From Eledone cirrhosa (Eukaryota): DNA of 64,000 nucleotides. The stretch is from NCBI GenBank assembly GCA_964016885.1, contig OZ024740.1, forward strand, positions 361,150,001-361,214,000, in the 5' to 3' direction. Each line of letters starts with the position of its first letter. Position 1 is the first letter of the stretch. Made by a program: the position numbers and the translations under genes. The notes under the pieces were generated by a model. That model worked only from the letters and a program-made list of their open reading frames with translations. It was not told where the DNA came from and did no database searches. This document shows positions 33,141 through 47,476 of this stretch, piece after piece.

Positions 33141-35528
33141 TTACGTCCGCTTTTCCCTGCTTGCAAGGGTGGGACGGGTCTTATTCAGCACAGCATCTCT
33201 CCACTCGTCACGGTCCCTCGTCATCTCCACCGTGAACTTCAATGATCTGAGGTCTGTTCTCACCACCTCCGCCCATGTTTTTCGTGGTCTACCTCTACCA
33301 CGTCTTCCTTCAACTGGCATTTCCTGGCACTTCTTCACCCATCGGTCATCCTCCATGCGCATCACATGTCCATACCACCTCAGTCTCCTCTCCCGTACAC
33401 TACATTCTATCCCTCTCAGACACAGTTTCTCTCTCAACACATTTATGCTGGGTCGTTCACGCACATTTACACTGCACATCCAACGGAGCATGCTTGCCTC
33501 ATTTCTCTCCAGCCGTCGCATATCTTCTGCGGTTGCTGCCCATGTCTCACTACCATGCAGCATCGCGCTCCTCACACAGGCATCATACAACCGGCCTTTC
33601 GTACGCAGGGAGAAACCCTTCTTCGTCAACAGAGGAAGCAGCTCCCTAAAATTCTTCCAACCCGTCCTTATTCTAGATACTATGGCCTCGGAACACCCTC
33701 CTCCCATGCTAATCTGATCTCCTAGGTACCGGAAGCTATCCACCACTTCTATAGCGCCCTCTCGCATTTGAAAAATGTGTCTATCAGTGCGACTTCTACT
33801 GTCTAATTTCCCTGTACATCTACTGCATACATATTTCTCCCTACCTGTTAGTTTGCCTGCTATCCCGTTACATCTCTTGTGTACCCAGGACCTACATTGT
33901 GTGCATTTTATAGAATTTATGCCAGTTCCTTTTCTGCATATCGAACATGGCCATTTCCCTGACGGAATCAGGGTTTTGTCCTCTTTTCTACTCATCAACA
34001 CTTTTGTCTTAGCTAGATTTACTCTCAGTCCTCTTGCTTCCAACTGCTGTTTCCATAGCCGGAATTTATTCTCTAGCTCCTCTACTGATTCTGCCATAAG
34101 AGCCAGATCGTCAGCATAGAGAAGTTCCCATGGACAGCCAGTTTTAAACTCCTCTGTTATGGCTTGGAGGACTATAATGAACAAGAGCGGGCTGAGGACC
34201 GAACCCTGATGTACTCCTACTTGTATCTGGAATTCCTCACTAAACTCCATTCCTACCCTGACTTTACTGAGAGTACCTCTGTACAAAGTTTGCACTGTCC
34301 TTACAAGCCATTCCTCAACACCCAGCTTCCTTAGGGACCACCAGATGACAGATCGGGGTACCCTATCAAAGGCCTTCTCTAGGTCAACAAAGGCTAAGTA
34401 TAGTGGCTTATTCTTCTCTAAGAACCTCTCTTGCATTTGTCTCACCAAGAAGAGGGCATCTGTTGTACTCTTCCCAGGCACAAAACCAAACTGCATCTCA
34501 TCTAGTTTGACCCTTTCTCTAATTAGTTGTGCTAAAATCCTTTCTGCCACTTTCATAACCTGATCTATCAGTTTTATACCCCTATAATTGCTCCTCTCCA
34601 AAGCATCCCCTTTACCTTTGTAGCAATTTATGAGAATACTGCTGCACCAATCTGTGGGTATGACACCACCATATATAGCCTGATTGATTATGCGTGCAAC
34701 CAGTTTAGTGCCTACGTCCCCTGATGCCTTCAGCATCTCAGCAACTATTCCCGATGGTCCGGCCGCCCTACCATTTTTCATTTCCCTAATCGCCTCTTGG
34801 ACCCTATATTCGTCAATCTCAATAGCTGGTCCCTCTGTCGGATCTACCAAGGGTAATTTCTCTCTCTCCCATTCGTTCTCCACATTCATCAGTCTCTCAT
34901 AATGACATTTCCAGGCCTCCTTTTTCTGGTCATTCGTGACACTAAGTACACCGGCATCATCCCGGACACATTTATCACCAACAACATCCTGATTTGCATT
35001 GACACACTGCCTTGCAATGTGGAACACCGCACGCCTCTGATCTTCCCGTCGCAGAACATTGGCAAACCTCCTACTCTCTGCCTCCCTGCGTGCTAAGTAC
35101 ACCTGACGTCTAGCGTCTCTCTTAGTGGCTGTATATTCTTCCCTACTCCCACCCTTTTTCCAAGCCTTCCATGCTAGTCTTTTGTCTCTAATAGCCTTAT
35201 CTACACTGCTGTTCCACCACCAGGTCACTCTCTGTCTGGTTGGATCTCTGCTCCAGCCACAGGTTTCATCAGTAGCCTTCAGCAAGTTGTCACGTAAGAA
35301 CTTCCAGTTATTATCTATGTCATACGTCTCTAAATCGTCTTCTTTTTCGTCATATACATCTTGAAGGGCTTTCCTAAATTTGAATTTTAGTGATAGGTCT
35401 TTTAGCTTCCAGACCTTTCTTCTCCACGCCTTCCTGTATGTCTCATTCCATCTCTTGCTTACTGAGATATCACTAACAACTAACCTATGCTGTGGGGTAC
35501 ATTCTTCCCCAGGGTATGCCTTGGTATT
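33141..35528 (-). CDS. RTE-type LINE (family A) ORF: end of APE, reverse transcriptase with embedded PHD finger; 5'-truncated, no internal stops
   Basis: Frame open from [18 protein letters not shown] at 35528 to the stop at 33141; RT motifs [44 protein letters not shown]; (ATG)n tail at 33123-33138; TA arrays on both sides. Confidence 0.95.
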   Translation of the reverse strand, partial: NTKAYPGEECTPQHRLVVSDISVSKRWNETYRKAWRRKVWKLKDLSLKFKFRKALQDVYDEKEDDLETYDIDNNWKFLRDNLLKATDETCGWSRDPTRQRVTWWWNSSVDKAIRDKRLAWKAWKKGGSREEYTATKRDARRQVYLARREAESRRFANVLRREDQRRAVFHIARQCVNANQDVVGDKCVRDDAGVLSVTNDQKKEAWKCHYERLMNVENEWEREKLPLVDPTEGPAIEIDEYRVQEAIREMKNGRAAGPSGIVAEMLKASGDVGTKLVARIINQAIYGGVIPTDWCSSILINCYKGKGDALERSNYRGIKLIDQVMKVAERILAQLIRERVKLDEMQFGFVPGKSTTDALFLVRQMQERFLEKNKPLYLAFVDLEKAFDRVPRSVIWWSLRKLGVEEWLVRTVQTLYRGTLSKVRVGMEFSEEFQIQVGVHQGSVLSPLLFIIVLQAITEEFKTGCPWELLYADDLALMAESVEELENKFRLWKQQLEARGLRVNLAKTKVLMSRKEDKTLIPSGKWPCSICRKGTGINSIKCTQCRSWVHKRCNGIAGKLTGREKYVCSRCTGKLDSRSRTDRHIFQMREGAIEVVDSFRYLGDQISMGGGCSEAIVSRIRTGWKNFRELLPLLTKKGFSLRTKGRLYDACVRSAMLHGSETWAATAEDMRRLERNEASMLRWMCSVNVRERPSINVLREKLCLRGIECSVRERRLRWYGHVMRMEDDRWVKKCQEMPVEGRRGRGRPRKTWAEVVRTDLRSLKFTVEMTRDRDEWRDAVLNKTRPTLASREKRT

Positions 35529-35529
35529 A

Positions 35530-35626
35530 GATATATGTATATGATATATATATATATGTATATGATATATATATATATGTATATGATATATATATATATA
35601 TGTATATATATATGTATATATATATG

Positions 35627-35661
<35 letters not shown>

Positions 35662-35692
35662 GATATATATATATGTATATATATATATAAAT

Positions 35693-35739
<47 letters not shown>

Positions 35740-35797
35740 ATATATATATAAATATATATATATATGATATATATATATATATATATATGATATATAT
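35530..35797. repeat. Interrupted (TA)n array
   Basis: Direct reading. Confidence 0.95.
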
Positions 35798-36402
35798 ATC
35801 ATCATCATCATCAACGTTTAACGTCCGTGTTCCACGCTTGCATGGGTTTGGACGGGGGTATTCCCACTTGAGGCAAGAGTGATTGTCTTGCTCGCATAGG
35901 ACTGTCTGGCAGGTTTTCTACAGTTGGATGCCCTTCCTAACACCAACCACATTTACAGTGTGGGACTGGGAGGTTTTTACCATGTTCCCTACACGGTCAC
36001 ATTACAGCGTGGACTGTGTGTTTTTTTGTCGTGACACCTACACGATCCCATTTGTTTCGGCCTGGATGTTGTGGCACCAACATAACTTTACATAGGAGGG
36101 GGTGGTGTGGATGGGGTGTGGGTGGTGGGACGGGGGTGTATTTTGTTAGAGATGCCTACTGGCTGTAGTAGGTTTTACTATGTATTTAGGTAAGGCGGGT
36201 CTTCTCTATTACTGAGTACAACCAAAGGTCTCGGTCCAGTGACATTGTCTTGGAGAGGTGTAAGTGTGTGATGTCGGAGTCTATCAGCTCGTCCCAGGTT
36301 TTTCTAGGTCTGCCTATTCCGTGGCTACCGTCTATCTTTATTGACCTGCACTTTGTTATACAGCTATCGACTTTCATGCGCATCACGTGTCCATACCAAC
36401 GT
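35798..36402 (-). mobile_element. RTE-type LINE (family B) 3' end with 3' UTR and (ATG)n tail
   Basis: [39 protein letters not shown]; 3' UTR with ttaggaagggcatcca motif; TA on both sides. Confidence 0.88.
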
Positions 36403-36911
36403 ATATATATATATATATATATGGTATATATATATATATATATATGATATATATATATATGGTATATATATATATATGGTATATATATATATATATGGTA
36501 TATATATATATATATGGTATATATATATATATATGGTATATATATATATATATATGGTATATATATATATGGTATATATATATATATATGGTATATATAT
36601 ATATATATGGTATATATATATATATATGGTATATATATATATATATGGTATATATATATATATATATGATATATATTTATATATATGATATATATTTATA
36701 TATATGATATATATATATTATATATATTTATATATGATATATATTTATATATATGATATATATTTATATATATGATATATATATATATATATATATGATA
36801 TATATTTATATATATGATATATATTTATATATGATATATATATATATATATATGATATATATATATATATATATGATATATATATATATATATGATATAT
36901 ATTTATATATA

Positions 36912-36995
<84 letters not shown>

Positions 36996-37316
36996 ATATA
37001 TATATATATGATATATATATATATATATAGATATGATATATATATATAGATATGATATATATATATATATATATAGATATGATATATATATATATATGAT
37101 ATATATATATATATATAGATATGATATATATATATATATATGATATATATATATATATATAGATATGATATATATATATATATGATATATATATATATAT
37201 ATATGATATATATATATATATGATATATATATATATATATATATGATATATATATATATATATATATGATATATATATATATATATATATGATATATATA
37301 TATATATATATATATG

Positions 37317-37347
<31 letters not shown>

Positions 37348-37597
37348 ATATATATAGAGAGATATGATATATATATAGAGAGATATGATATATATATATA
37401 TATGGTGTATATATATATATATGGTGTATATATATATATATATATATATATATGGTATATATATATATATATATATATGGTATATATATATATATATATA
37501 TGGTATATATATATATATATATATGGTATATATATATATATATGGTATATATATATATATATATATATATATGGTATATATATATATATATATATAT

Positions 37598-37661
<64 letters not shown>

Positions 37662-37730
37662 TATATATATATATATATATATGGTATATATATATATATA
37701 TATGGTATATATATATATATATATATATAT

Positions 37731-37763
<33 letters not shown>

Positions 37764-37788
37764 TATATATATATATATATATATATAT

Positions 37789-37823
<35 letters not shown>

Positions 37824-37880
37824 TATATATATATATATATGGTATATATATATATATATGGTATATATATATATATATAT

Positions 37881-37944
<64 letters not shown>

Positions 37945-38060
37945 TGTATATATATATATATATATGGTGTATATATATATATATATGGTGTGTATATATA
38001 TATATATATATATATGGTGTATATATATATATATATATGGTGTATATATATATATATATG

Positions 38061-38092
<32 letters not shown>

Positions 38093-38141
38093 GGTATATA
38101 TATATATATATATATATATGGTGTATATATATATATATATG

Positions 38142-38177
<36 letters not shown>

Positions 38178-38385
38178 TATATATATATATATATATATAT
38201 ATGGTATATATATATATATATATATGGTATATATATATATATATATATGGTATATATATATATATATATGGTATATATATATATATATATGGTATATATA
38301 TATATATATATGGTATATATATATATATATATGGTATATATATATATATATATGGTATATATATATATATATATGGTATATATAT

Positions 38386-38424
<39 letters not shown>

Positions 38425-38477
38425 TGTATATATATATATATATATGGTATATATATATATATATATGGTATATATAT

Positions 38478-38516
<39 letters not shown>

Positions 38517-38817
38517 TATATATATGGTATATATATAAATATATATATATATATATGGTATATATATATATATGGTATATATATATATATGGTATATATA
38601 TATATATATGGTATATATATATATATGGTATATATATATATATATGCTATATATATATATATGGTATATATATATATATGCTATATATATATATATGGTA
38701 TATATATATATATGGTATATATATATATGGTATATATATATATATATATGGTATATATATATATATATATGGTATATATATATATGGTATATATATATAT
38801 ATATATGGTATATATAT

Positions 38818-38850
<33 letters not shown>

Positions 38851-38890
38851 TATATATATATTTATATATATATGGTATATATATATATAT

Positions 38891-38927
<37 letters not shown>

Positions 38928-38942
38928 TATATATATATATAT

Positions 38943-38985
<43 letters not shown>

Positions 38986-39582
38986 TATATATATATATAT
39001 GGTATATATATGGTATATATATATATATATGGTATATATATGGTATATATATATATATATGGTATATATATATATATATATATATGGTATATATATATAT
39101 ATATATATATATATGGTATATATATATATATATATATATGGTATATATATAAATATATATATATATATATGGTATATATATATATATATATATGGTATAT
39201 ATATATATTGTATATATATGGTATATATATATATATATGGTATATATATATTATATATATATATGGTATATATATATATTGTATATATATATATGGTATA
39301 TATATATATATTGTATATATATATATATGGTATATATATATATATATGGTATATATATATATATATGGTATATATATATATATGGTATATATATATATAT
39401 GGTATATATATATATATGGTATATATATATATATGGTATATATATATATATGGTATATATATATATATGGTATATATATACCATATATATATATATATAT
39501 ATCTATCTATATGGTATATATATGGTATATTTATATATATATATATATGGTATATATATATATATGGTATATATATATATAT

Positions 39583-39615
<33 letters not shown>

Positions 39616-39640
39616 TATATATATATATATATATATATAT

Positions 39641-39675
<35 letters not shown>

Positions 39676-39732
39676 TATATATATATATATATGGTATATA
39701 TATATATATATGGTATATATATATATATATAT

Positions 39733-39796
<64 letters not shown>

Positions 39797-39912
39797 TGTA
39801 TATATATATATATATATGGTGTATATATATATATATATGGTGTGTATATATATATATATATATATATGGTGTATATATATATATATATATGGTGTATATA
39901 TATATATATATG

Positions 39913-39944
<32 letters not shown>

Positions 39945-39993
39945 GGTATATATATATATATATATATATATGGTGTATATATATATATATATG

Positions 39994-40025
<32 letters not shown>

Positions 40026-40226
40026 GGTATATATATATATATATATATATATGGTATATATATATATATATATATGGTATATATATATATATATATATGG
40101 TATATATATATATATATATGGTATATATATATATATATATGGTATATATATATATATATATGGTATATATATATATATATATATGGTATATATATATATA
40201 TATATGGTATATATATATATATATAT

Positions 40227-40265
<39 letters not shown>

Positions 40266-40318
40266 TGTATATATATATATATATATGGTATATATATATA
40301 TATATATGGTATATATAT

Positions 40319-40357
<39 letters not shown>

Positions 40358-40658
40358 TATATATATGGTATATATATAAATATATATATATATATATGGT
40401 ATATATATATATATGGTATATATATATATATGGTATATATATATATATATGGTATATATATATATATGGTATATATATATATATATGCTATATATATATA
40501 TATGGTATATATATATATATGCTATATATATATATATGGTATATATATATATATGGTATATATATATATGGTATATATATATATATATATGGTATATATA
40601 TATATATATATGGTATATATATATATGGTATATATATATATATATATGGTATATATAT

Positions 40659-40691
<33 letters not shown>

Positions 40692-40731
40692 TATATATAT
40701 ATTTATATATATATGGTATATATATATATAT

Positions 40732-40768
<37 letters not shown>

Positions 40769-40783
40769 TATATATATATATAT

Positions 40784-40826
<43 letters not shown>

Positions 40827-41509
40827 TATATATATATATATGGTATATATATGGTATATATATATATATATGGTATATATATGGTATATATATATATATA
40901 TGGTATATATATATATATATATATATGGTATATATATATATATATATATATATATGGTATATATATATATATATATATATGGTATATATATAAATATATA
41001 TATATATATATGGTATATATATATATATATATATGGTATATATATATATTGTATATATATGGTATATATATATATATATGGTATATATATATTATATATA
41101 TATATGGTATATATATATATTGTATATATATATATGGTATATATATATATATTGTATATATATATATATGGTATATATATATATATATGGTATATATATA
41201 TATATATGGTATATATATATATATGGTATATATATATATATGGTATATATATATATATGGTATATATATATATATGGTATATATATATATATGGTATATA
41301 TATATATATGGTATATATATACCATATATATATATATATATATATATCTATATGGTATATATATGGTATATTTATATATATATATATATGGTATATATAT
41401 ATATATGGTATATATATATATATGGTATATATATATATATATATATCTATATGGTATATATATGGTATATTTATATATATATATATATGGTATATATATA
41501 TATATATTT
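36403..41509. repeat. Interrupted (TA)n array (TGG variant dominant) with ~1.84-kb internal tandem duplication
   Basis: Rare markers recur at offset 1841 (ataaat 38538/40379 and 39152/40993; tgc, ttg and cca variants). Confidence 0.93.
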
Positions 41510-41922
41510 GGTATATTTTGGTAAGAGGTGCTTACTGACTGTAGGTTTCGCTTTGCATTTAGGCAAGGCGGGTCTTCTGTATTACTGTGTAGCGCCAAAA
41601 TCTCGGTCCAGTGACATTGTCTTGGAGAGGTGTAAGTGTGTGAGGTAAGAATTTATCAAGTCGTCCCAGGTTTTTCTGGGTCTGCCTACTCCGTGGCTAC
41701 CGTCTATTTTTATCGCCCTGCACTTTTTTTTATACAGCTGTCGTCTTTCATGCGCATCACATGACCATACCAACGTAGTCTTCTCTTGAGTAAACAACAT
41801 CTGATCCCTCTTATTCCTAATTTCTCCCTTAGTACATTTATGCTTTGCCGTTCACGTATATTACTATTACACATCCAACGGAGCATGCAAGCTTCGTTCC
41901 TCTCCAGTCTGCGTAGATCCTC
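41510..41922 (-). mobile_element. RTE-type LINE (family B) fragment
   Basis: KKCRAIKIDGSHGVGRPRKTWDDL; diverged homologue of 36137-36402. Confidence 0.85.
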
Positions 41923-41963
41923 TATATGTGTGTATATTTGCTACAGTATTTTCTATACCTTTC

Positions 41964-42031
<68 letters not shown>

Positions 42032-42203
42032 TATATTATATTTTGAGATTAAACTCTGTCGTTTACAATTAATCAGCTCCAAGAAAGAGGCATTTCTGAG
42101 CAGTTAAATACATGTTATACATTAATATATATGATAAACACAAAACGTGTTTGCATTGTAACAGACAAAGTTAGCTATATATATATATATTTATATACAC
42201 TTA

Positions 42204-42350
42204 TACTGTAAATGTGTTTGGCGTTAGGAAGGGCATCCAGTCGTAGAAAACCAGTCAGAAACAGCCCTATATGAGCGAGACACAGTCACCTGACAGAACT
42301 TGCCTCTAATGGGACAAATCTGTCTAACCCATGCTGCGATGATGATGATA
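42204..42350 (+). mobile_element. RTE 3' UTR fragment with (ATG)n tail
   Basis: ggcgttaggaagggcatccagtcgtagaaaac...acccatgc...gatgatgatgat. Confidence 0.75.
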
Positions 42351-43239
42351 CTTTGGTTAACCTATACTTTTATCAGATATGATTAATAATTTTATGTATT
42401 AATCAATATTTAAATATATGTACTCCTAACATTAGATATTAGTAGAGCTGCTTCTTTTTAGACCAAACTCAGCATTCCCATTGGCCTGCCTGTATTACAT
42501 TCCTCACCATCTGCGTCCAGATCCTCTTTTGATTTTGTGGTGACTGGTCATCTAAAATACGTTTAGCAAGATGAATTTCTACTGATGATTGAGTGTGTTC
42601 ATCTTATGGTTCCTTCTATTTACCGTTTCTCTTGACTCATGAAATAGCTGTATAGAAATATTGATATTTCGGAATTTTATCATATTTGGGTAAGTTTTTT
42701 TTACTTGCTATCCAATTTGAAAATAATTGGAATTTTACCATAATGTAAGTTCTTTGACTTATTATCGGATTTTTCTTTGGCAATGCATCTAAGTATATAT
42801 GTATATATGTGTAAGGATGGTAAGAATCGATCTTCTAACAATTTTACTCTCAGATTCTATATCATTGCGCCTATATAAATATGAATATGTGGATATTTTT
42901 GTCTAGACAATTTCCTACTCTTAAATTATTGTATGTATATGCGTGTGTGTATTTATATGACAAGTGAACTATGAACTTGATACAGCTCACTGCCCCCTCG
43001 CCACCACAATAACGTCTACACTCGCTCCCCACCACTACCACATAAGTCATTACCCTATCTACACTAAGATGTCTGACCTGTTGACAAACTCCTAACTCCT
43101 TTCCCTGTGTTGAATGTGTGTATATATATATATGTATGTATGTGTGTGTATCTGGAGCCACTTTTTTCACATAAAACGGTAGAATTTCCAAAACTAATCA
43201 GATTAGAGCAAACATCACGGGCGCTCTATCTCAAAATTA

Positions 43240-43275
43240 TTTTTGAAAAGCATTAGAAATGCGCAACCGGTAAAA
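43240..43275 (+). ncRNA. Degenerate minimal hammerhead ribozyme (U3-A8 variant)
   Basis: ttt-TTGAAAA-GCAT-tagaa-ATGC-GCAA-CCGG-TA-aaa; one core substitution (GAAA to GCAA). Confidence 0.55.
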
Positions 43276-43385
43276 ACTTAAAACCAAAACTGAATACTAA
43301 CCAATACTTATTACTAATTTTTACTTATTCCTAATTAAACTATTTTTCACTGGGAACAATTTGTCAGCATTTTCTTTTCCTTTTA

Positions 43386-43432
<47 letters not shown>

Positions 43433-43484
43433 TTTCTGAATTTGTTTAGCAAGATTCTTTATCTGAAAACGTGTGTTGAAACCG

Positions 43485-43584
43485 ATATTGTTATACTTAG
43501 GGAGGGTCATGTTGCCAATAAGAAACACACGCACCAGCGTGTGTTTCTTATTGGCAACATGACCCTCCCAAAGTATAACAATAT
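43485..43584. repeat. Near-perfect palindrome, 48-bp arms, 4-nt loop
   Basis: atattgttatacttagggagggtcatg...cacacgc-acca-gcgtgtg...catgaccctcccaaagtataacaatat. Confidence 0.95.
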
Positions 43585-43849
43585 TAATAAAATAGATGTT
43601 CTTTTGATCAATTACATTTTATTATACATATTTCGGATGTACAACAGTACGTCTTCATCAGACAAAATATAATGATACATGACATACCCTGAGATGTTAA
43701 ATGGTTAAGATTAAATGATTAAATCTTAACCATTTAACATCTCAGGGTATGTCATGTATCATTATATTTTGTCTGATGAGGACGTACTGTATAATAAATA
43801 TGTATAATAAAATGTAATTGATCAAAAGAACATCTATTTTATTAATATT
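43580..43849. repeat. Palindrome with about 130-bp arms containing a hammerhead motif
   Basis: 43580-43712 is the reverse complement of 43722-43849 except for one substitution and a short replaced segment. Confidence 0.93.
43616..43668 (-). ncRNA. Minimal type I hammerhead ribozyme (PLE-like)
   Basis: Minus strand attttgt-CTGATGA-agacgtac-tgtt-gtacatcc-GAA-ATATGTAT-A-ataaaat; 7-bp stem I, stem II hairpin, near-palindromic stem III. Confidence 0.75.
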
Positions 43850-43955
43850 TATATTTTAATATTAATTAACTCCGGAAAATTATTTTTACGGTAGAGTGCT
43901 TTCAATCTACTGTAAAACTCATTCTTTGACATAATCATTGAATATCGTTTAACAC

Positions 43956-44003
<48 letters not shown>

Positions 44004-44022
44004 GAAAAATAGAGAAATTAAT

Positions 44023-44209
44023 TGTTTCTACTTTTTTGGCACAAGGCCAGCAATTACTCAGTACATTACTGGTACTTTATTTTATCGACCCCGTAAGGAT
44101 GAAAGGCAAAGTGAACCTCGGCGCGATTTGAACTCAGACCGTAAAGGGACGTAACTATGCTGGAAAGCATGGCGTCCGACTCTCTACCGATACTGCCAAT
44201 CCACCGCCC
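44023..44209 (-). mobile_element. Full-length tRNA-derived SINE with 20-bp target-site duplication
   Basis: Starts GGGCGGTGGATTGGCAGTATCGG; B-box GAGTTCAAATCG; TSD tgaaaaatagagaaattaat at 44003-44022 and 44210-44229. Confidence 0.92.
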
Positions 44210-44528
44210 TGAAAAATAGAGAAATTAATGTGAGCAAGAAGCCAACAGTATTTCATAATATATAAGTGACTATAACGTCAAAATGGAAAATATTTAACGT
44301 AAAATATGGGAAAATTATTCAAACTCAATTAAAAAAAAATCAAGACAGATTTTATCCACAGATTTTGTGAAATCCAGGGAAAAAAACCAATAGAGTCTTA
44401 ACTCAGAATAAAATAAAGTTAAAATACTCATCCTTCAATTTGGAAAAACTACAAATGCTCTATATAGTCTTAAAAAGACTATTTCACGAAACTTTTCAGT
44501 GGGATTAGTCACGGTTGGAATCGTTCAT

Positions 44529-44596
44529 GAAATCTGGTCACATCGACCGAGATATATATATATATATATATATCTCGGTCGATGCGACTAGATTTC
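44529..44596. repeat. Inverted repeat centred on a (TA)n run
   Basis: gaaatctggtcacatcgaccgag-(AT)n-ctcggtcgatgcgactagatttc. Confidence 0.85.
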
Positions 44597-44643
44597 AACA
44601 CAGCAACAACAACTACAACAACAACAGCAACAACATATATATA

Positions 44644-45239
44644 TCTATATATATATAAAACTGAGGATGTCTGTCTGTGTGTGTGTGTGAGTTTGAATCC
44701 CTAAGACTAGAGAAGCACCCAACCGACTGTTTTCAAACTTTACACATGTAATACTTAAGTTTCAGGGAGTGTTCTGAGCAAAAATAATTTCAAATTTTCA
44801 ATGCCCTAGGGACCGCATTAGGAGATTTAACGATCTCTCTTTATAATTCTTAGTCTTTCTCTTTTTAGATAGATACATACATATAACGTCGCGCCCTTAT
44901 AATATCTGTCTGTATGTCTGGTAGTTTGCATTACGTCACTTCCTACAATTCGCTCTGCGTCCAGAACGCGCCCTTATAATATCTGTCTGTATGTCTGGCT
45001 GTCTGCTGCCTCCGGTTATTTTGCCACCCTTGCTCAAGACAAATCTCCCACTCATTCCCCAAACAGTTGGTAAGTGCACAGAACTTCTTCCTCACGTTTT
45101 AAGCCACAGTGTTGCTTACTTACGTACCACCAGACCCTTACTTCTTTGCCAGCCGTGGTTGTGGCAATACTAAGCTTAGCTAAGGCGGTTATATATTTCA
45201 CAATACCTTATCTCGTGCAACGCCGGGTACCACTGCTAG
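44644..45239 (+). mobile_element. Non-autonomous Helitron
   Basis: 5' a|TCTATATATATATAAAA; 3' hairpin-like ctcgtgcaacgccggg then CTAG|t; inserted between A and T. Confidence 0.8.
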
Positions 45240-45272
45240 TATATATATATATCTCAGTCGATGCAACCAGAT

Positions 45273-45592
45273 TTCAACACAGCAACAACAACAATAACTA
45301 CAACAACAGGAACAACAGCACCATTGTCTGTGTTCAATGTGTGTGTATGTATGTGTATATATCACACACGCGAAGCGACCAAATTTCAAAATTTCAACCC
45401 AGCAACTACAACAACAGCAACAACACCATTGTCTGCAGCAGTAGCAGCATCAGTGAAATGAACAACAACAACGGCAGCAGCAACAACAACAACTGCCATC
45501 ACCATCACTGATACCATCCACCTTCACCACCGTCACCATTACTGACACCATCCACCACCACAACCACCACCACCACCACCACCACCATCACC
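45273..45592. repeat. (CAA)n/(CAG)n/(CAC)n low-complexity region
   Basis: Direct reading. Confidence 0.85.
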
Positions 45593-45939
45593 AGCGATCA
45601 GGCCTTAAAAACAACTATAATACTAAATAACTATTCTGTTCTTGGCCCGGGGCAGCGATTGTCCCAGCGCATTGCTGGTGCCTTGTTTTGGGGTCTGGAG
45701 AGTGGAGAGCCGTTGTTCTATGCTGTAAAGCAAACAATTATTATTATTATATAAAAACTGAACTGGAAAAGTCAACAGTTGACATGATTTTGTATCAGTA
45801 CTGACGGTAATATATATATGTATGTGTGAGTGGCGTGTGTGTTTGTATGCATGAGTGTTGGTGTGTGAGTGGCATGTGTGTTTGTATGCATGTGTTGGTG
45901 TGTGTGTGCTGTGAGTGTCAATAAGTGGTGTTTTTTTTT

Positions 45940-47455
45940 TTATGACCATGCTGTAAAATGGAGGGGTAGAGAGGGCCCATGAGTCCAGTAAGACAACCTT
46001 TCTAGAGCTTGATGTCCTTCCTAGTGCCAACCTCATAGTGAGTACTGGGTGCTTTTTGTTGTGATGCCATCACGATCACTTTACAATGTGGGCTGGAGAC
46101 TTTGCTTGATGTATACTTCACCTTCACCTCATGGGAGATGTATGGGAGTGGTGTATGCTATATATATATACATATATATATGCTTCAGTTATGGGCTGTA
46201 CCCATTGGAATTCAGGTCTTCTGTATTACTGCATAATGCCAGTGATCTCAGTCCTGTGTCATCGCCTTTGAGAAGTGCAATTTGGCGAGGTCAGCTTTTA
46301 TCACCTTATCCTAGATCTTCCTGGGTTTCCCACTCCAAGGCTTCCATTGACTTTGAGCATTCTGCACCTTTTAATACAGCTGTTATCCTTCATATGCATC
46401 ACATGCCCATACCAACTCAGTCTGCTCTCCTGCACACCACATCTGAATCCTCTTCTGCCTAGTTTCTCTCTCAATTTGTTTATGCTTTGTCGTTCACATA
46501 TATTACTATTACACAGCCATCGGAGCATGCAAGCTTCATTTCTTTCCAATCTACTAAGTCTTCTGCACACAGCACCCAGGTCTCACTACCATGCAACATT
46601 GCTGTTCATATGCACACATCATACAGTCTGCCTTCCATTTTGAGGGAAAAGCCTTTTGTATCTAGCAGTGGTAGTAGCTCCCTGAACTTCTTCCATCCCG
46701 TTCTTACTCTGGCTACTGTACTTTCAGAACACCCACCTCTACTGCTAATTTGGTCACCTAGGTAGCAGAAGCTGTCTCCTGTTTCTCATGAGCCTTCCCA
46801 GATAATGGAATGGGGAACTCTGTCAAAAGCTTTCTCCAGATCCACATATGCCAAGTATAAGGATTTACTTTTAGCTAGGTACTTCTGCTGTAGTTGCCTC
46901 ACACGGAAGAGAGCATCAGTAGTACTTTTACTTGGCACAAATCCAAACTGCATCTCATCTAGGTTAGTTCAGTTTCTGATTGGCTGCGTTACATCTCTTT
47001 CTGTAACCTTCATGACCTGGTCAATCAACTTAATGCCTCTATAGTTTTCTCTGTCTAGGTCATCTTCTTTTCCTTTGTACTAGTTGATGATGATGCTGCT
47101 GCTACGCTAGTCAATAGGTATGACACCATTTTGTATTACTTGGTTTACAGTACGGGTGGTTAGAGTATGACCCACTATCCCAGACACTTTCCACATCTCT
47201 GCAACTATCCCAAGAGGTCCAGCTGCTTTGCCTGTCTCCATATCCTTGATTGCCTTACTTACTATACTACTGCTTACTTGTACTGCCAGCCCCTCTGTTG
47301 TGTTTTTTGAGGCAAACTATTTTCTTCCCATGCATTCTCCACATTCAGTAAGGTTTCATAGTGACACTTCCACGCTACCTTCTTTTCAACATGGTCTTCT
47401 CTCCTGTACACTACAGTTTATTCCTCTTATACAAAGTTTCTCTCTCAACTTGTCC
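45940..47455 (-). mobile_element. Degraded, internally deleted RTE-type LINE
   Basis: Fragments LERNEACMLRWLC...RLSWYGHV and [15 protein letters not shown] on the minus strand with stops and frameshifts. Confidence 0.85.
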
Positions 47456-47476
47456 ATGATTGGTCTTTCATACACA

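Noticed and set aside
33169-35364. Plus-strand ORFs overlapping the LINE
   Set aside because: Antisense shadows of the RT ORF with no motifs
43463-43487. CTGAAAA-cgtgtgtt-GAAA-ccga-TA
   Set aside because: C3-A8 mismatch, weak stem II and no stem I
44023-44209. tRNA genes suggested by A and B boxes
   Set aside because: No full cloverleaf; multi-copy with TSD and shared tail, so SINEs
44991-45511. ORFs with poly-N/T/H tracts (also 54944-55561, 59948-60888)
   Set aside because: Translations of trinucleotide and minisatellite repeats
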